64,000 bases of DNA from a virus (taxonomy: Duplodnaviria; Caudoviricetes), in the IMG/VR virus record IMGVR_UViG_3300030101_004160, positions 1,047-65,046 of that record, one strand, 5' to 3'. This document shows positions 47,754 to 57,158 of this stretch, piece by piece; the first letter of the stretch is position 1, and every line of letters starts with the position of its first letter. The translations under genes and the position numbers were made by a program. Under the pieces are notes generated by a model. That model worked only from the letters and a program-made list of their open reading frames with translations, did no database searches and had not been told where the DNA came from.

Positions 47754-49037
47754 TTAAACGCTAACGTTATAATTTAGTATACCTTGTAATCCATTTTGTC
47801 TGTTATATATAAAAGCTTGAGCTTTCTTTATATTTCCTATAAACCCTTTACTATCGTGCCAATAGTCTGTTGCAGACATAGAGGATAAATTTCTTACAGT
47901 AATACCGTTAAGCTCTTCTATAGCTTGTAGTTTTGTCGCTTTATTAGTATGATAATGACCTCTATGAACTTCTACATAAACAGTATCACTCCATAAATTT
48001 TTAAATCTTTGAGCTATAATTCCAGGCAAATCATTTATTTTAGGGCCATCACCATGATCCGATATAATTAAATTATTACCATAAGGTATTGCTTTCATCA
48101 AACAATCATTATTATCCACTTTTACATTCTTATTTTCTTCATAATACAATTCTAACGTGTCGCCTAAGTGCATTACAGATTCTCTATCGTGATTTCCTGG
48201 TATTACCATAACATGCACATCAGCCACCTCTGCTAATATATCTATAGCTTTTATCATTAATCTACGAGCAAATCTATACATATCTATATGATAATTGCTG
48301 TTAAATTGCGGCGTTCCTTTTGTCGTAGATGGTATAGGCCAGTCTCCGTCTGAGTTTAATAAATCATGACCTACGATAAAAAGTATCTTATCTATATAAA
48401 ACCCTTGCGCTCTGTACAAAAGATGCTCTATAGCGTTTAAAAGACGCTCTTCAGCAATCTCCATACTATATTCGTCGTTTTTGATACCAATTTTACCTAG
48501 ATGTAAATCAAAAGCAGATATTTCTAACAAATGCAAATCATTTCTATCATCAGGCCTATTTCTTTTTATTTTTGCAACCTTTGGAGATATATTACGTAAA
48601 TCTTCTATAAGTTCCTGTTTGATTTTTTTTATATTTAGTTCTGGTTTTATTTTTTTTAGAAAAGCTTTAGTTCTATACATCGTTACAGTTACTGGATTTC
48701 TGTCATTATCAAAACCAGTTACTTCATATGTACCTATATCGTATTTTTCTACCTCCCAAAAATCTAAATCAACTTCACATGCGGCTAATAAATCTTCTAA
48801 TGATTTTACTCTTGTGCAATTTTCTGCAGAAAGCACAGCATTAGATTTAGTTTCTTGAAAATTTATGACTTCTTTTTCTTTGGGTTCCGTGTCTGGATTT
48901 TTTCTTCTTAAGGCTCTTGCTAAGGTTCTTATTTGTTCATAATTGGTGCCAAATTTTTTTGCTGTATCTGCATACTTGCTACGCATTAGGTTAGGATTTT
49001 TTAACAAATATTCCCGTATCTTATCATTTAAAGTCAT
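47754..49037 (-). CDS. Calcineurin-like metallophosphoesterase with N-terminal HTH-like region
   Basis: DLHLG, GHDLLNSD, PGNHD, HGD, GHYH; likely start MTLNDK at 49037. Confidence 0.85.
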   Translation of the reverse strand: MTLNDKIREYLLKNPNLMRSKYADTAKKFGTNYEQIRTLARALRRKNPDTEPKEKEVINFQETKSNAVLSAENCTRVKSLEDLLAACEVDLDFWEVEKYDIGTYEVTGFDNDRNPVTVTMYRTKAFLKKIKPELNIKKIKQELIEDLRNISPKVAKIKRNRPDDRNDLHLLEISAFDLHLGKIGIKNDEYSMEIAEERLLNAIEHLLYRAQGFYIDKILFIVGHDLLNSDGDWPIPSTTKGTPQFNSNYHIDMYRFARRLMIKAIDILAEVADVHVMVIPGNHDRESVMHLGDTLELYYEENKNVKVDNNDCLMKAIPYGNNLIISDHGDGPKINDLPGIIAQRFKNLWSDTVYVEVHRGHYHTNKATKLQAIEELNGITVRNLSSMSATDYWHDSKGFIGNIKKAQAFIYNRQNGLQGILNYNVSV

Positions 49038-49047
49038 TTTAAATTTT

Positions 49048-49299
49048 TTAATTTTCTTCAACACCATATCCGTGTTGACTTAATAGTGTTAAATTTACGG
49101 GAACAAGTGCCTTTTTTGAACGACGACCTACAATTTTATTAACAATATTATTAACAGTCTTTTTATTTGTAAATATTTCGCCTTTATTGTAGCCTTTTAC
49201 AATTTGATTTTCTAATTTATAAATTTTGTTTCGGTTGTCTTTAAAGGTCCAGTTGCTTAGCCATATAGGAACTTTGTACTTGCCGTTTGGATTATGCAT
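49048..49299 (-). CDS. Hypothetical protein
   Basis: Operon-like packing. Confidence 0.55.
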   Translation of the reverse strand: MHNPNGKYKVPIWLSNWTFKDNRNKIYKLENQIVKGYNKGEIFTNKKTVNNIVNKIVGRRSKKALVPVNLTLLSQHGYGVEEN

Positions 49300-49873
49300 C
49301 TATTTTGTATGTTATATTCAAACGAGCGCCTGCTGTAACATATATGTATAAGGGTTTTTTTAATCCCTCAAAAATAGTAGTAATGTCTGATATACTCACT
49401 GTAGTTTCTACAGGTATTGTTTCTACATAGATAAGGTGAGGTCTATTTTTTCCATCACCAGAGGTGCCAAAAGAATCAATCTTTCCGTCGGTAACAGTAT
49501 GTACATCTAAATCTGCAGGATTTCCGTATGTTAAATAAAATGCAACTTTGCTCTCTGATACAGTGTTGTTTTGCGCAAAAATACCTTTTACAGATTGTCC
49601 AGGATTCAGCACCAAAAGTTCCTGAAGCGTATTTGCTTTAGTTTGTTTCATGTACAAAGAACCAGCTAAACTTTGTGATCTAAAATTTGAGGAGTAAACT
49701 TCACTCCTATTTCTTTCATCTGATCTAAACTCGGATGCAGCAACTTGTGCTTTTTGTTGTGATAAAACTCCAGTAGGAGCCTCTTCCATTTTAGCTCTAT
49801 TTTCTTTTCTTGTTACGTATTTAGGTCGTGTTATACTACCCTTACCCGCATACTTATCTTTTATTATAGGCAT
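49292..49873 (-). CDS. Hypothetical, probably structural (beta-rich C-half)
   Basis: Operon-like packing. Confidence 0.5.
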   Translation of the reverse strand: MPIIKDKYAGKGSITRPKYVTRKENRAKMEEAPTGVLSQQKAQVAASEFRSDERNRSEVYSSNFRSQSLAGSLYMKQTKANTLQELLVLNPGQSVKGIFAQNNTVSESKVAFYLTYGNPADLDVHTVTDGKIDSFGTSGDGKNRPHLIYVETIPVETTVSISDITTIFEGLKKPLYIYVTAGARLNITYKIDA

Positions 49874-49874
49874 A

Positions 49875-50060
49875 TTATGTGTTTATTTTATTTATTACTT
49901 CGTCTAATTTTAGCAACACTTTATTTAATACTTCCTTTAATTCATCATGACTATTGTCATATGCAATACCGTCTAAATTTTCATTAATAGTGCTTATTGC
50001 GCTGGCTAAGTCTAAGCTAGCATCTGTTAGTTCTTGTGTGATAGTTTTAATATTAGACAT
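49875..50060 (-). CDS. Small coiled-coil protein
   Basis: Coupled to the fibre gene. Confidence 0.5.
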   Translation of the reverse strand: MSNIKTITQELTDASLDLASAISTINENLDGIAYDNSHDELKEVLNKVLLKLDEVINKINT

Positions 50061-51454
50061 TATAAAAGAGGTGTTTTAATTACTATTGTTATAGACATAT
50101 ATACTTTATCGTTGGCTTGTAACATGGCTGGCAATATTAAGTCTCCTGCTGTTAAATTTAAAGACCTGTCTAAATCTACACATTTTACAAAACCCATGTG
50201 ATTGCTGTCAGCGCCACCCGTCAGGTCTCCTGCAGCATATGCTTGTAAAGTAAATGTAGACGCAGTAGTCTTTCCACCAAACGTAGCGTAAGTAGAATGA
50301 AACAATCCTAGCGCACCTTGAGTATTGCTTTGATTATTTCTTATCATTCCGTAAAATCCGCACAAAACAGCATCATCATAAGGAACTACAAAACCTAATT
50401 GTTTTCCTCTAGCGTTTCCAAAAGAAGTACTGCCCACAGTAGTTCCGTTAACACCAGAATTTGTGTTGTAATTGTGTGTAAATGGACCGTTTGTTCCTGC
50501 TAAAGCCCAATTTGTATCTATGTCTGAGTTACCTATAAACGTTATGTACTGATATGAAAACTTAGTGTCTACGTGTGATTTCAGACCTGCTGGCGTTACT
50601 GCTTTGTCGGTGTCAGTTCCAGTGTCAGCTTCTCCTGTTGTTGCTAACTCTACTACACCTTTGTTGCTATCTGTAGCAATTTCAGCTGTAACAGTTACAT
50701 CTCCAGTAGCCCCAGAAACATCTATACCATTACCAGCAACAATACTAGTTACCTTAGCGGCTGAGTTTGCAACAGGTAAAACACCTGTAACTTTAGTGGT
50801 CAAATCAATACCTTCACTTTTTATTGACACAGCTCCAGACTCTACTGAAAAACTTTGTGAACTAAAGCTGGCAACACCCTTATTAGAAGTAGTAGCATCC
50901 TCTCCTGCGATTGTAATAGTTGTACTACTTGAACTAGTATCTATGCCTTCTCCTCCCGTAATAGTAAAGTCAGCACTACCAGAAGAAACAGTAGCTACAT
51001 TAGAATCATCAGTAGTCAATCTAACGCCCGTTACGTCTCCTGTGTTAGTTGTATATCCAGCACCGTTTGTTATTGCGTTGTTATTTAAAGATATATCAGC
51101 TGAACCATCAAAAGCAACGCCCGCAATATTTCTTGCGGTTGTAAGTGTAGCAGCAGATCCAGTTGTGTCTTGATTTAGTGTGGCTACATTTCCAGCTGCT
51201 AAAGTGCCTGTAACATCATTAGCTAAATCAATAGCATTTCTAGTAATCTCTTGTCCTGATATAGTTATATAATCAGGCGTACCAGCTAAAGTTACTTCAT
51301 CATGAGACGTTGATGTTGCTTTAACTATTTTATTGTTAGAGTCTAATCCTAAGTTACCACCACTAGCTATAGTTCCTGATGATACGTTTTCTAAAAAAAC
51401 ATCATTACGAAACCTAGATACTAGGCGTTGTATGAATTGTCCTATAAATTTCAT
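50060..51454 (-). CDS. Tail fibre protein
   Basis: TLTTARNIAGVAFDGSADISL, ATTSNKGVASF and ATDSNKGVVELAT...KAVTPAGLK fibre repeats; Thr/Ser/Gly-rich. Confidence 0.8.
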   Translation of the reverse strand: MKFIGQFIQRLVSRFRNDVFLENVSSGTIASGGNLGLDSNNKIVKATSTSHDEVTLAGTPDYITISGQEITRNAIDLANDVTGTLAAGNVATLNQDTTGSAATLTTARNIAGVAFDGSADISLNNNAITNGAGYTTNTGDVTGVRLTTDDSNVATVSSGSADFTITGGEGIDTSSSSTTITIAGEDATTSNKGVASFSSQSFSVESGAVSIKSEGIDLTTKVTGVLPVANSAAKVTSIVAGNGIDVSGATGDVTVTAEIATDSNKGVVELATTGEADTGTDTDKAVTPAGLKSHVDTKFSYQYITFIGNSDIDTNWALAGTNGPFTHNYNTNSGVNGTTVGSTSFGNARGKQLGFVVPYDDAVLCGFYGMIRNNQSNTQGALGLFHSTYATFGGKTTASTFTLQAYAAGDLTGGADSNHMGFVKCVDLDRSLNLTAGDLILPAMLQANDKVYMSITIVIKTPLL

Positions 51455-51924
51455 TTACAAATTTCATCTATGTACTCTATAGTTACTTTTTCCCCTGCTT
51501 GTATTGCTTCAGAAATATCTGGATATATTCTTTTGTACGCATTAACTGATTTGCCAATGAATCCATTTGACACCATTTTATTATTTTCTTGCGTATCACC
51601 CACAAGTAAACATCCAGCAGTGTGCTCATCAGTATTACCAGTGTGTATAAGAATCCATTTAAAATTTGGCACATCAGTGACATGCAGCATGCCTTTATGC
51701 ATACTACCATATTTTTTTTTGTATCTTTCATGAAAACCTCCTTCAGTTCTTAATTTGATTTCATAGACGCCAGACGGCACTCTAGTTTCTCCCATTACTT
51801 TATCTTCTCTATATTCATCCTCTAACGTGTAACATAGAAAATCAAGCTTATTTTCTTTTTCTAAAAAAAGTAAGCCAGAAGTACTATCCTCCTGGCTACT
51901 AAATCTAACTACTTTTAATTTCAT
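51451..51924 (-). CDS. Putative endolysin, DUF5675-like
   Basis: CYTLED, GETRVPSGVY, ILIHTGNT...TAGCLLVG (His...Cys dyad); near holins. Confidence 0.75.
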   Translation of the reverse strand: MKLKVVRFSSQEDSTSGLLFLEKENKLDFLCYTLEDEYREDKVMGETRVPSGVYEIKLRTEGGFHERYKKKYGSMHKGMLHVTDVPNFKWILIHTGNTDEHTAGCLLVGDTQENNKMVSNGFIGKSVNAYKRIYPDISEAIQAGEKVTIEYIDEICK

Positions 51925-51927
51925 ATT

Positions 51928-52344
51928 CTAATTGTCTAATGCATCACAAATTAAATATTGTATGTGTTGATCTGCTGTAGATGCTGTAGCTTGTATACTA
52001 CTTCCTGTACCATCACCATTTAATTCCATTGGAGCAAAGAAACATTCTCCTGGTTTTAGGTCTGCTAATTCTAAAGCTGAACTTTCAGAAGCACTTGCCT
52101 CTATTTCTACTGGGTAGTCCGAATCTACATTTTTTATAAAAACATATACTCTGTCATCATTAACGTCCGATAAAGCAAGTTCACTGCCTCCTGTTTGTGC
52201 TAAATGTTCACCTGTATATAAACACTGGGAAGTAGTATTACTTCCTGATTCAAAAGATGGACTATATGTAAATACAACTACGCCCTCTGAATCTGTTAAA
52301 GTAAAAGTTGCGCTAGCTGAAAAAGTTGTTGTCATTGTTGCCAT
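51928..52344 (-). CDS. Small beta-rich virion protein
   Basis: VYVFIKNVD...LKPGECFFAP. Confidence 0.55.
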   Translation of the reverse strand: MATMTTTFSASATFTLTDSEGVVVFTYSPSFESGSNTTSQCLYTGEHLAQTGGSELALSDVNDDRVYVFIKNVDSDYPVEIEASASESSALELADLKPGECFFAPMELNGDGTGSSIQATASTADQHIQYLICDALDN

Positions 52345-52368
52345 ACGTGTATTTTTTTATTTAATTAA

Positions 52369-52752
52369 TTATGCGTTTGAATCTATTTCTACTGCAAAGT
52401 ATTCTACAGTTACGGTAGCTGTATCAGCATCCCCTCTTATAACTCCAGTATCTCTTAATATTGTAAAACAAAATTCACCTGGCTCTAACACAGCAATAGT
52501 GTTGTCTGCATCATCAGCCATAGAGATAGTAACAAAATTAGTATCATCAAGATTTCTAACATAAACAACTTTACCAAAAGTTGGAGCAGTCATTATAACC
52601 GTACCGCCTGTCGCTATGTTTTTTCTTCCTGTCTCTACTTGATCAATACCAGTTATATCAAGTTGAAATGAACCTGATTGAGATTGCGTATAACCACTGG
52701 CAGAACTTGCCGTACATGATATATCTGCATTAAATGTATAATTTTTTGCCAT
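52369..52752 (-). CDS. Small beta-rich virion protein
   Basis: VVYVRNLDDTNFV...LEPGEFCF; paralogue of neighbour. Confidence 0.55.
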   Translation of the reverse strand: MAKNYTFNADISCTASSASGYTQSQSGSFQLDITGIDQVETGRKNIATGGTVIMTAPTFGKVVYVRNLDDTNFVTISMADDADNTIAVLEPGEFCFTILRDTGVIRGDADTATVTVEYFAVEIDSNA

Positions 52753-52764
52753 TGTGTTTAATTT

Positions 52765-53031
52765 TTACAAATTTATGAAATTTTTCTTATATTTTTTAGA
52801 TTCTTTTAGTTTTTTAAGCTCTGCGCATTTCTCGTACTCCTCCGTAGTACAAAAGTAATCAATTATTTTGTCAATATCCTGATTATTAATTGTTTTTTTT
52901 GGATTGAAAGGTAAAGAACATCCGTTATATTCAAATAAATCAGAAAAAGTTAGCTTGTCTGTTATAATCATATAAGAGTTCATCATAGACTCTCTGACTA
53001 ATTCTTCTGGTGAATTTTTTTCTTCTGTCAT
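52765..53031 (-). CDS. Small protein with UVR (UvrB/UvrC)-like motif
   Basis: IDYFCTTEEYEKCAELKKL. Confidence 0.6.
   Translation of the reverse strand: MTEEKNSPEELVRESMMNSYMIITDKLTFSDLFEYNGCSLPFNPKKTINNQDIDKIIDYFCTTEEYEKCAELKKLKESKKYKKNFINL
52768..52775 (-). promoter_or_regulatory. -7 box TAAATTTG
   Basis: TAnnTTTG 15 nt upstream of 52752 ATG. Confidence 0.5.
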
Positions 53032-53033
53032 AA

Positions 53034-53426
53034 TTATTTTTTTACCTTTTCAAAAGACCTTCCTCCAAAATACGCACCAATTACTGTTATTAAAACTAAT
53101 TGAAGCAAATCAACCCAAGATGATTTAACCTCAAACTGAAGAGTGCCAGCGTCTATAAATATCAACAACATAGTGCATACTATAATAAAAATTAAAACCA
53201 TAGGCCTAACGTTTTTACTCAACCATGAATCTGATTTTAAATCTGCTTCCCAACGAGATGTTATGTTTTTTTCCATCTCAACTTCGTAGTTAGCAATTAG
53301 CTCTTTTATTTTTCTTTCTGCTTCTAGTTTTTCTTCATTAGAAGTATGCAGGCTATCAATAACACCGCCAACGTTTTTTACTAAATCTGAAGCGCCTGAA
53401 GAAAATATTTTACCTAAAATACTCAT
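53034..53426 (-). CDS. Holin (3TM, GTA-type family)
   Basis: RWEADLKSDSWLSKNVRP, hydrophobic helices, AYFGGRSFEK end. Confidence 0.8.
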   Translation of the reverse strand: MSILGKIFSSGASDLVKNVGGVIDSLHTSNEEKLEAERKIKELIANYEVEMEKNITSRWEADLKSDSWLSKNVRPMVLIFIIVCTMLLIFIDAGTLQFEVKSSWVDLLQLVLITVIGAYFGGRSFEKVKK

Positions 53427-53428
53427 AA

Positions 53429-53689
53429 TTAATATCCTCCTGTTCCGCCTCCTGCGCTAGAATTCATCGTAGGTATTGTTGGCGCTGCGTTATTTGGTGA
53501 AAAATCCTGATCAGCATCTGCGCCAGGATTGGCTGTAGCTTGTGTATGTGTTGCTCCGCCCATATACCCAATTTGACCTTGATATTCATGAGTATGCGTT
53601 CCTGTTAAACCTCTACTTGCACCCCAAGCAACAGCTTCTCCTACTGTTGAGTATAAAGGCACTCCATTTATTGTTGTTAATAAAGCCAT
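53429..53689 (-). CDS. Hypothetical protein with His-rich module
   Basis: GVPLYST...GTHTHEYQGQIGYMGGATH, Gly-rich tail. Confidence 0.55.
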   Translation of the reverse strand: MALLTTINGVPLYSTVGEAVAWGASRGLTGTHTHEYQGQIGYMGGATHTQATANPGADADQDFSPNNAAPTIPTMNSSAGGGTGGY

Positions 53690-53692
53690 AAT

Positions 53693-53926
53693 TTATTTTG
53701 TTTTTACTTTTTCAAAAGCACTAATACCAAAACAACCTAATGTTACTAAAACAAAAGAGTTGTATATAGTGTCATTTATTACTAATTCTCCATCTCCTAC
53801 ATAGCCCATAAAAGCTATACCTGTTACTAAATCAGCTACAGCAAAAAGAACCATTACAGTAAACGATATAAAACCTACTATATTTTTTTCGTTTATGTTA
53901 TTTTTATCTTTAAAAATTTTCCACAT
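53693..53926 (-). CDS. Two-TM membrane protein, holin-like
   Basis: Two hydrophobic helices; FGISAFEKVKTK end. Confidence 0.6.
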   Translation of the reverse strand: MWKIFKDKNNINEKNIVGFISFTVMVLFAVADLVTGIAFMGYVGDGELVINDTIYNSFVLVTLGCFGISAFEKVKTK

Positions 53927-53927
53927 A

Positions 53928-56432
53928 TTATCTCAATTTTATTTTCTTTTCTATTGTACCATCACTATATATATAAAAAAGTAATTTATTATTTTTTGTT
54001 TTTGACTTTCTTCCTAACACGTCAGTAATCATTATTAATTTTTTTTCTATTACTCTTTTTAAAGGTGGTCCAGCCCAAGTTCCTTCGCAGTAATTATATG
54101 TAGCTTGACAAATAGTGTCCCATTGATTTTCACAACAATATTCATCCACTTCTATTACCCAAGCATAACAAGGGTCGTTTAACCAGTAAGGTGTTCCTGG
54201 GCCTGTAATACACCCAGCATCGTACAAACAAGAAACACTGTCATTAACATTTGCTTGTTCGTTGTAATTATAAGCGTTTACGTCCATACACCCTTCCACC
54301 ACTGATATACACGAACCATTGTCAGTATTAGCTGTCGGATCAAAATTGTAAGCAGAACTATCCATACAACCATAAACATAAGGAATACAACTAAAATTTT
54401 CTGTATTGGCCGCTGGATCGTAGTTAAGCATACTAGGATCAGTGCAACCGTAAATATAAGGAACACAAGAGTTATTGTCTGCATTTGCTAAAGGGTTATA
54501 GTTAAACATAGTGCTGTCAGTACATCCATATACAAAAGGTATGCAATTTCCATTGTCAATATTAGCTAATGGGTTGTAATTAAAAGCAGTTGCATCCATA
54601 CATCCATATATTATATCTATACAACTTCCGTCATCTACATTAGCTGTTGGATCATAATTAAAAGCGTCTGAATCCATACAGCCGTATATGACCCCAACAC
54701 AACTACCATCATCAGTGTTTGCTATAGAGTCATAATTTAACGCAATCGGAGATGTGCAACCTTCTATTACTGGTATGCATGTGTCTGCTGTGTTTGCATT
54801 AGGATTATAATTGAAAGCTAAATCGTTCATACAACCTAATATAACAGGTATACATCCGCCATTATCAAGATTTGCTGCAGAATTATAGTTAAAAGCTAAT
54901 TCGTCTGTGCACCCCCATATCGCTTCTGTTTCGCACGACCCATCATTATAGTCTGCTGTATAACCTTGCGTGTAATACTGTAAGTATTGTGGGTCTGTAC
55001 AACCAGGATTGTAATAACAACTTCCATCAGAAGTATTAGCGTTAATATCGTAGTTGTATGCATAAAAATCCATGCACCCATAAACATATGGATCACATAT
55101 GGTAGGACAATTAGGTAATGTTATATAGTTATCTGGAAATAATTTAATTCTATTATTCCAGGGGTTTGTCCCACCTGACAATATAATATTGCCTTCTGGG
55201 TTTATTAATTTAAACCCTACTTGATCAATAGTAGCGTCTGAACTTGTTTGGCTGTAAGCTCTTACAGTTACAGGGTGATTAGATTTTAAATTTAAATTAA
55301 TAATCTCAACAGAAGAACTTATATTGGTATATGGCCCATATGTATTTCCAAGTTGAGACAATACTATATAAGCGCCATTCCATCCATCTCCACCGCCATC
55401 AGTTAAATGGAGCGAATAATTACAACTGTCTTCCATAAGAGGAACATTAGCTGCAGGATCAAAATCAAACATAGTTGTATCCATACAGCCTATTACTCTA
55501 GGTGTTGTACATAAGGCTGGGTTCATTATGTCTGCGGCTGGATTAAATTCTAAATACCCTGGGTTTGGACAGCCTACAACAGGTATCCAACTACAATCTT
55601 TCATAACAAACAAGTCTGATGTGTCTGCGTCACCAAAGTTCAAATTATCACCAGGCGTTAAACTGTATATTGTGTCACCGCATTCATCTGTAATCATCAC
55701 TCTTCCGTCTATACCTCCAAAACAAGACCCGCATATTCCGTCTCCGTATGAGTCGTATATTATAAACTGAACTGTATCATCAATCGGAACACATATTGTT
55801 TGACTATATATATTTCCTGAACCTGTGCTTGAAAAAAATCCTTGTGGTAAAAACAATAAAGAACTATCATTTTGGTTTACAATACGCATAGAAGTTTCGC
55901 TAGCATATGTATCTGGCGTAAACTCTATTGTAATAGAAGTATTTGTACTGTCTTCACAATCATCTTGTGGAGGTGGTATAGCTAAACAAACATCTGGCAA
56001 GTTAGCTAAAGGATTATAATTGTCAAAGAATGGATCCATGCAACCCTCTATACAGGTAAATTCATTAGCAAATATCGTGTCAGTAAAACTACTATCATTC
56101 ATTTCTAATACCACCCAAAAACCTTCTGAGCTAGCAAAAGGATCGCCAGGACTATAATTATTAATAAACATATAGTTCGTGTCTAACTGATTACTCCAAT
56201 TCCAAGAGTATGTATTATATGGCGTTCCTCTGTGTATGGTTTGTATTGCGCATCCACTATCTAATGCATTCCACTCCATCCAAGTTCTAGCGTAACCAAA
56301 CATGCATGTGTCTTTTACTGTTAAGTTTGGAGCACAATTAGGCTGCGGAGATTGTTGTGCAAGGAGAGCGTTCAAGCCAAAAACCAAACACATCAATAAC
56401 ACATATACAAATTTTGAAATATCTTTTTTCAT
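53928..56432 (-). CDS. Secreted Cys-repeat surface protein with T9SS-type C-terminal domain (834 aa)
   Basis: Sec signal ending LLA/QQ; 14 GC[MTP]x...C repeats; DSYGDG and DGGGDGWNG beta-sandwich motifs; C-terminus KKLIMITDVLGRK...LLFYIYSDGTIEKKIKLR. Confidence 0.75.
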   Translation of the reverse strand: MKKDISKFVYVLLMCLVFGLNALLAQQSPQPNCAPNLTVKDTCMFGYARTWMEWNALDSGCAIQTIHRGTPYNTYSWNWSNQLDTNYMFINNYSPGDPFASSEGFWVVLEMNDSSFTDTIFANEFTCIEGCMDPFFDNYNPLANLPDVCLAIPPPQDDCEDSTNTSITIEFTPDTYASETSMRIVNQNDSSLLFLPQGFFSSTGSGNIYSQTICVPIDDTVQFIIYDSYGDGICGSCFGGIDGRVMITDECGDTIYSLTPGDNLNFGDADTSDLFVMKDCSWIPVVGCPNPGYLEFNPAADIMNPALCTTPRVIGCMDTTMFDFDPAANVPLMEDSCNYSLHLTDGGGDGWNGAYIVLSQLGNTYGPYTNISSSVEIINLNLKSNHPVTVRAYSQTSSDATIDQVGFKLINPEGNIILSGGTNPWNNRIKLFPDNYITLPNCPTICDPYVYGCMDFYAYNYDINANTSDGSCYYNPGCTDPQYLQYYTQGYTADYNDGSCETEAIWGCTDELAFNYNSAANLDNGGCIPVILGCMNDLAFNYNPNANTADTCIPVIEGCTSPIALNYDSIANTDDGSCVGVIYGCMDSDAFNYDPTANVDDGSCIDIIYGCMDATAFNYNPLANIDNGNCIPFVYGCTDSTMFNYNPLANADNNSCVPYIYGCTDPSMLNYDPAANTENFSCIPYVYGCMDSSAYNFDPTANTDNGSCISVVEGCMDVNAYNYNEQANVNDSVSCLYDAGCITGPGTPYWLNDPCYAWVIEVDEYCCENQWDTICQATYNYCEGTWAGPPLKRVIEKKLIMITDVLGRKSKTKNNKLLFYIYSDGTIEKKIKLR
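54228..55085 (-). repeat. Tandem array of 11 GC[MT]D...NY.P.AN.DDGSC-type repeats (~26 aa)
   Basis: Counted in the translation; codons diverged between copies. Confidence 0.85.
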
Positions 56433-56789
56433 TTAAAAATCACTCATAAGTTGGTTATCAATCTCTTCTTGCACTTCTTCTTTTGTTGCTACCATTTTAA
56501 AACTCAAATCAGCTTGAAACCTAGCAACCTCTTCTCCGTCCTTTAATATTATAATAGTAGGTATAACTGCTATTTTATGTTTTTTTTGTGCTTCTTGATT
56601 TTTTGCTATGTCCACGTAGGATATAGTTTTTATTTCTTGCAGTTCTTGAGCCCAGCTAACTTGATTTGCTGAATTCCATTCGGCATTAAATATAACTATC
56701 GCCATCTGAGAATATGCATTTGTACAAGGCATAAATAAAAACGAAACAAATAAAACCTTGCCAAATATATTCCATAATAGGGTTTTCAT
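56433..56789 (-). CDS. Exported thioredoxin-fold protein lacking CXXC
   Basis: Signal peptide ending AYS/Q; FNAEWNSAN where F.A.WCxxC is expected; YVDI, IAVIPTIIILKDGEEVARF. Confidence 0.75.
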   Translation of the reverse strand: MKTLLWNIFGKVLFVSFLFMPCTNAYSQMAIVIFNAEWNSANQVSWAQELQEIKTISYVDIAKNQEAQKKHKIAVIPTIIILKDGEEVARFQADLSFKMVATKEEVQEEIDNQLMSDF

Positions 56790-57070
56790 TATCTATTATA
56801 AAGCTTATCCTCTATTTTTTCAAGAGTCTTTTTTATTTCTTCAACATCTTTTTGTGTATCTAAAATAGTGTTACGAATCATTTGGTCTTTCATGTCAAAC
56901 TCCATGCGTGTAACTTCTGGACTTGGAGGCGCGGGCAGCTCTTTAGCCTCTGCTATGTCTGCCTGTAGAGTAAACCACATACCCACTAAAGTAAAAATTA
57001 AAACAGCTATACCCCCTAATGTTTTAAGGCTTACTTTAAAAGACGTGTCTTCGTTTAACTCTTTAGTCAT
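56789..57070 (-). CDS. Single-TM protein with Pro linker and C-terminal coiled coil
   Basis: LGGIAVLIFTLVGMWFTL TM; PAPPSP; heptad tail. Confidence 0.7.
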   Translation of the reverse strand: MTKELNEDTSFKVSLKTLGGIAVLIFTLVGMWFTLQADIAEAKELPAPPSPEVTRMEFDMKDQMIRNTILDTQKDVEEIKKTLEKIEDKLYNR

Positions 57071-57131
57071 TTTTTACAATTATTTTCACAACCCCAGTTT
57101 AAACATACTTTATTCAAAGTTATTATTTTTA

Positions 57132-57139
57132 CAAATTTA
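57132..57139 (-). promoter_or_regulatory. -7 box TAAATTTG
   Basis: TAnnTTTG in gap upstream of 57070. Confidence 0.5.
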
Positions 57140-57158
57140 CAAATTATTTCTTTCATTT

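Noticed and set aside
54228-55085. CRISPR-like or DGR-like periodic DNA
   Set aside because: Periodicity is an in-frame protein repeat with diverged codons; no identical repeats with spacers and no reverse transcriptase.
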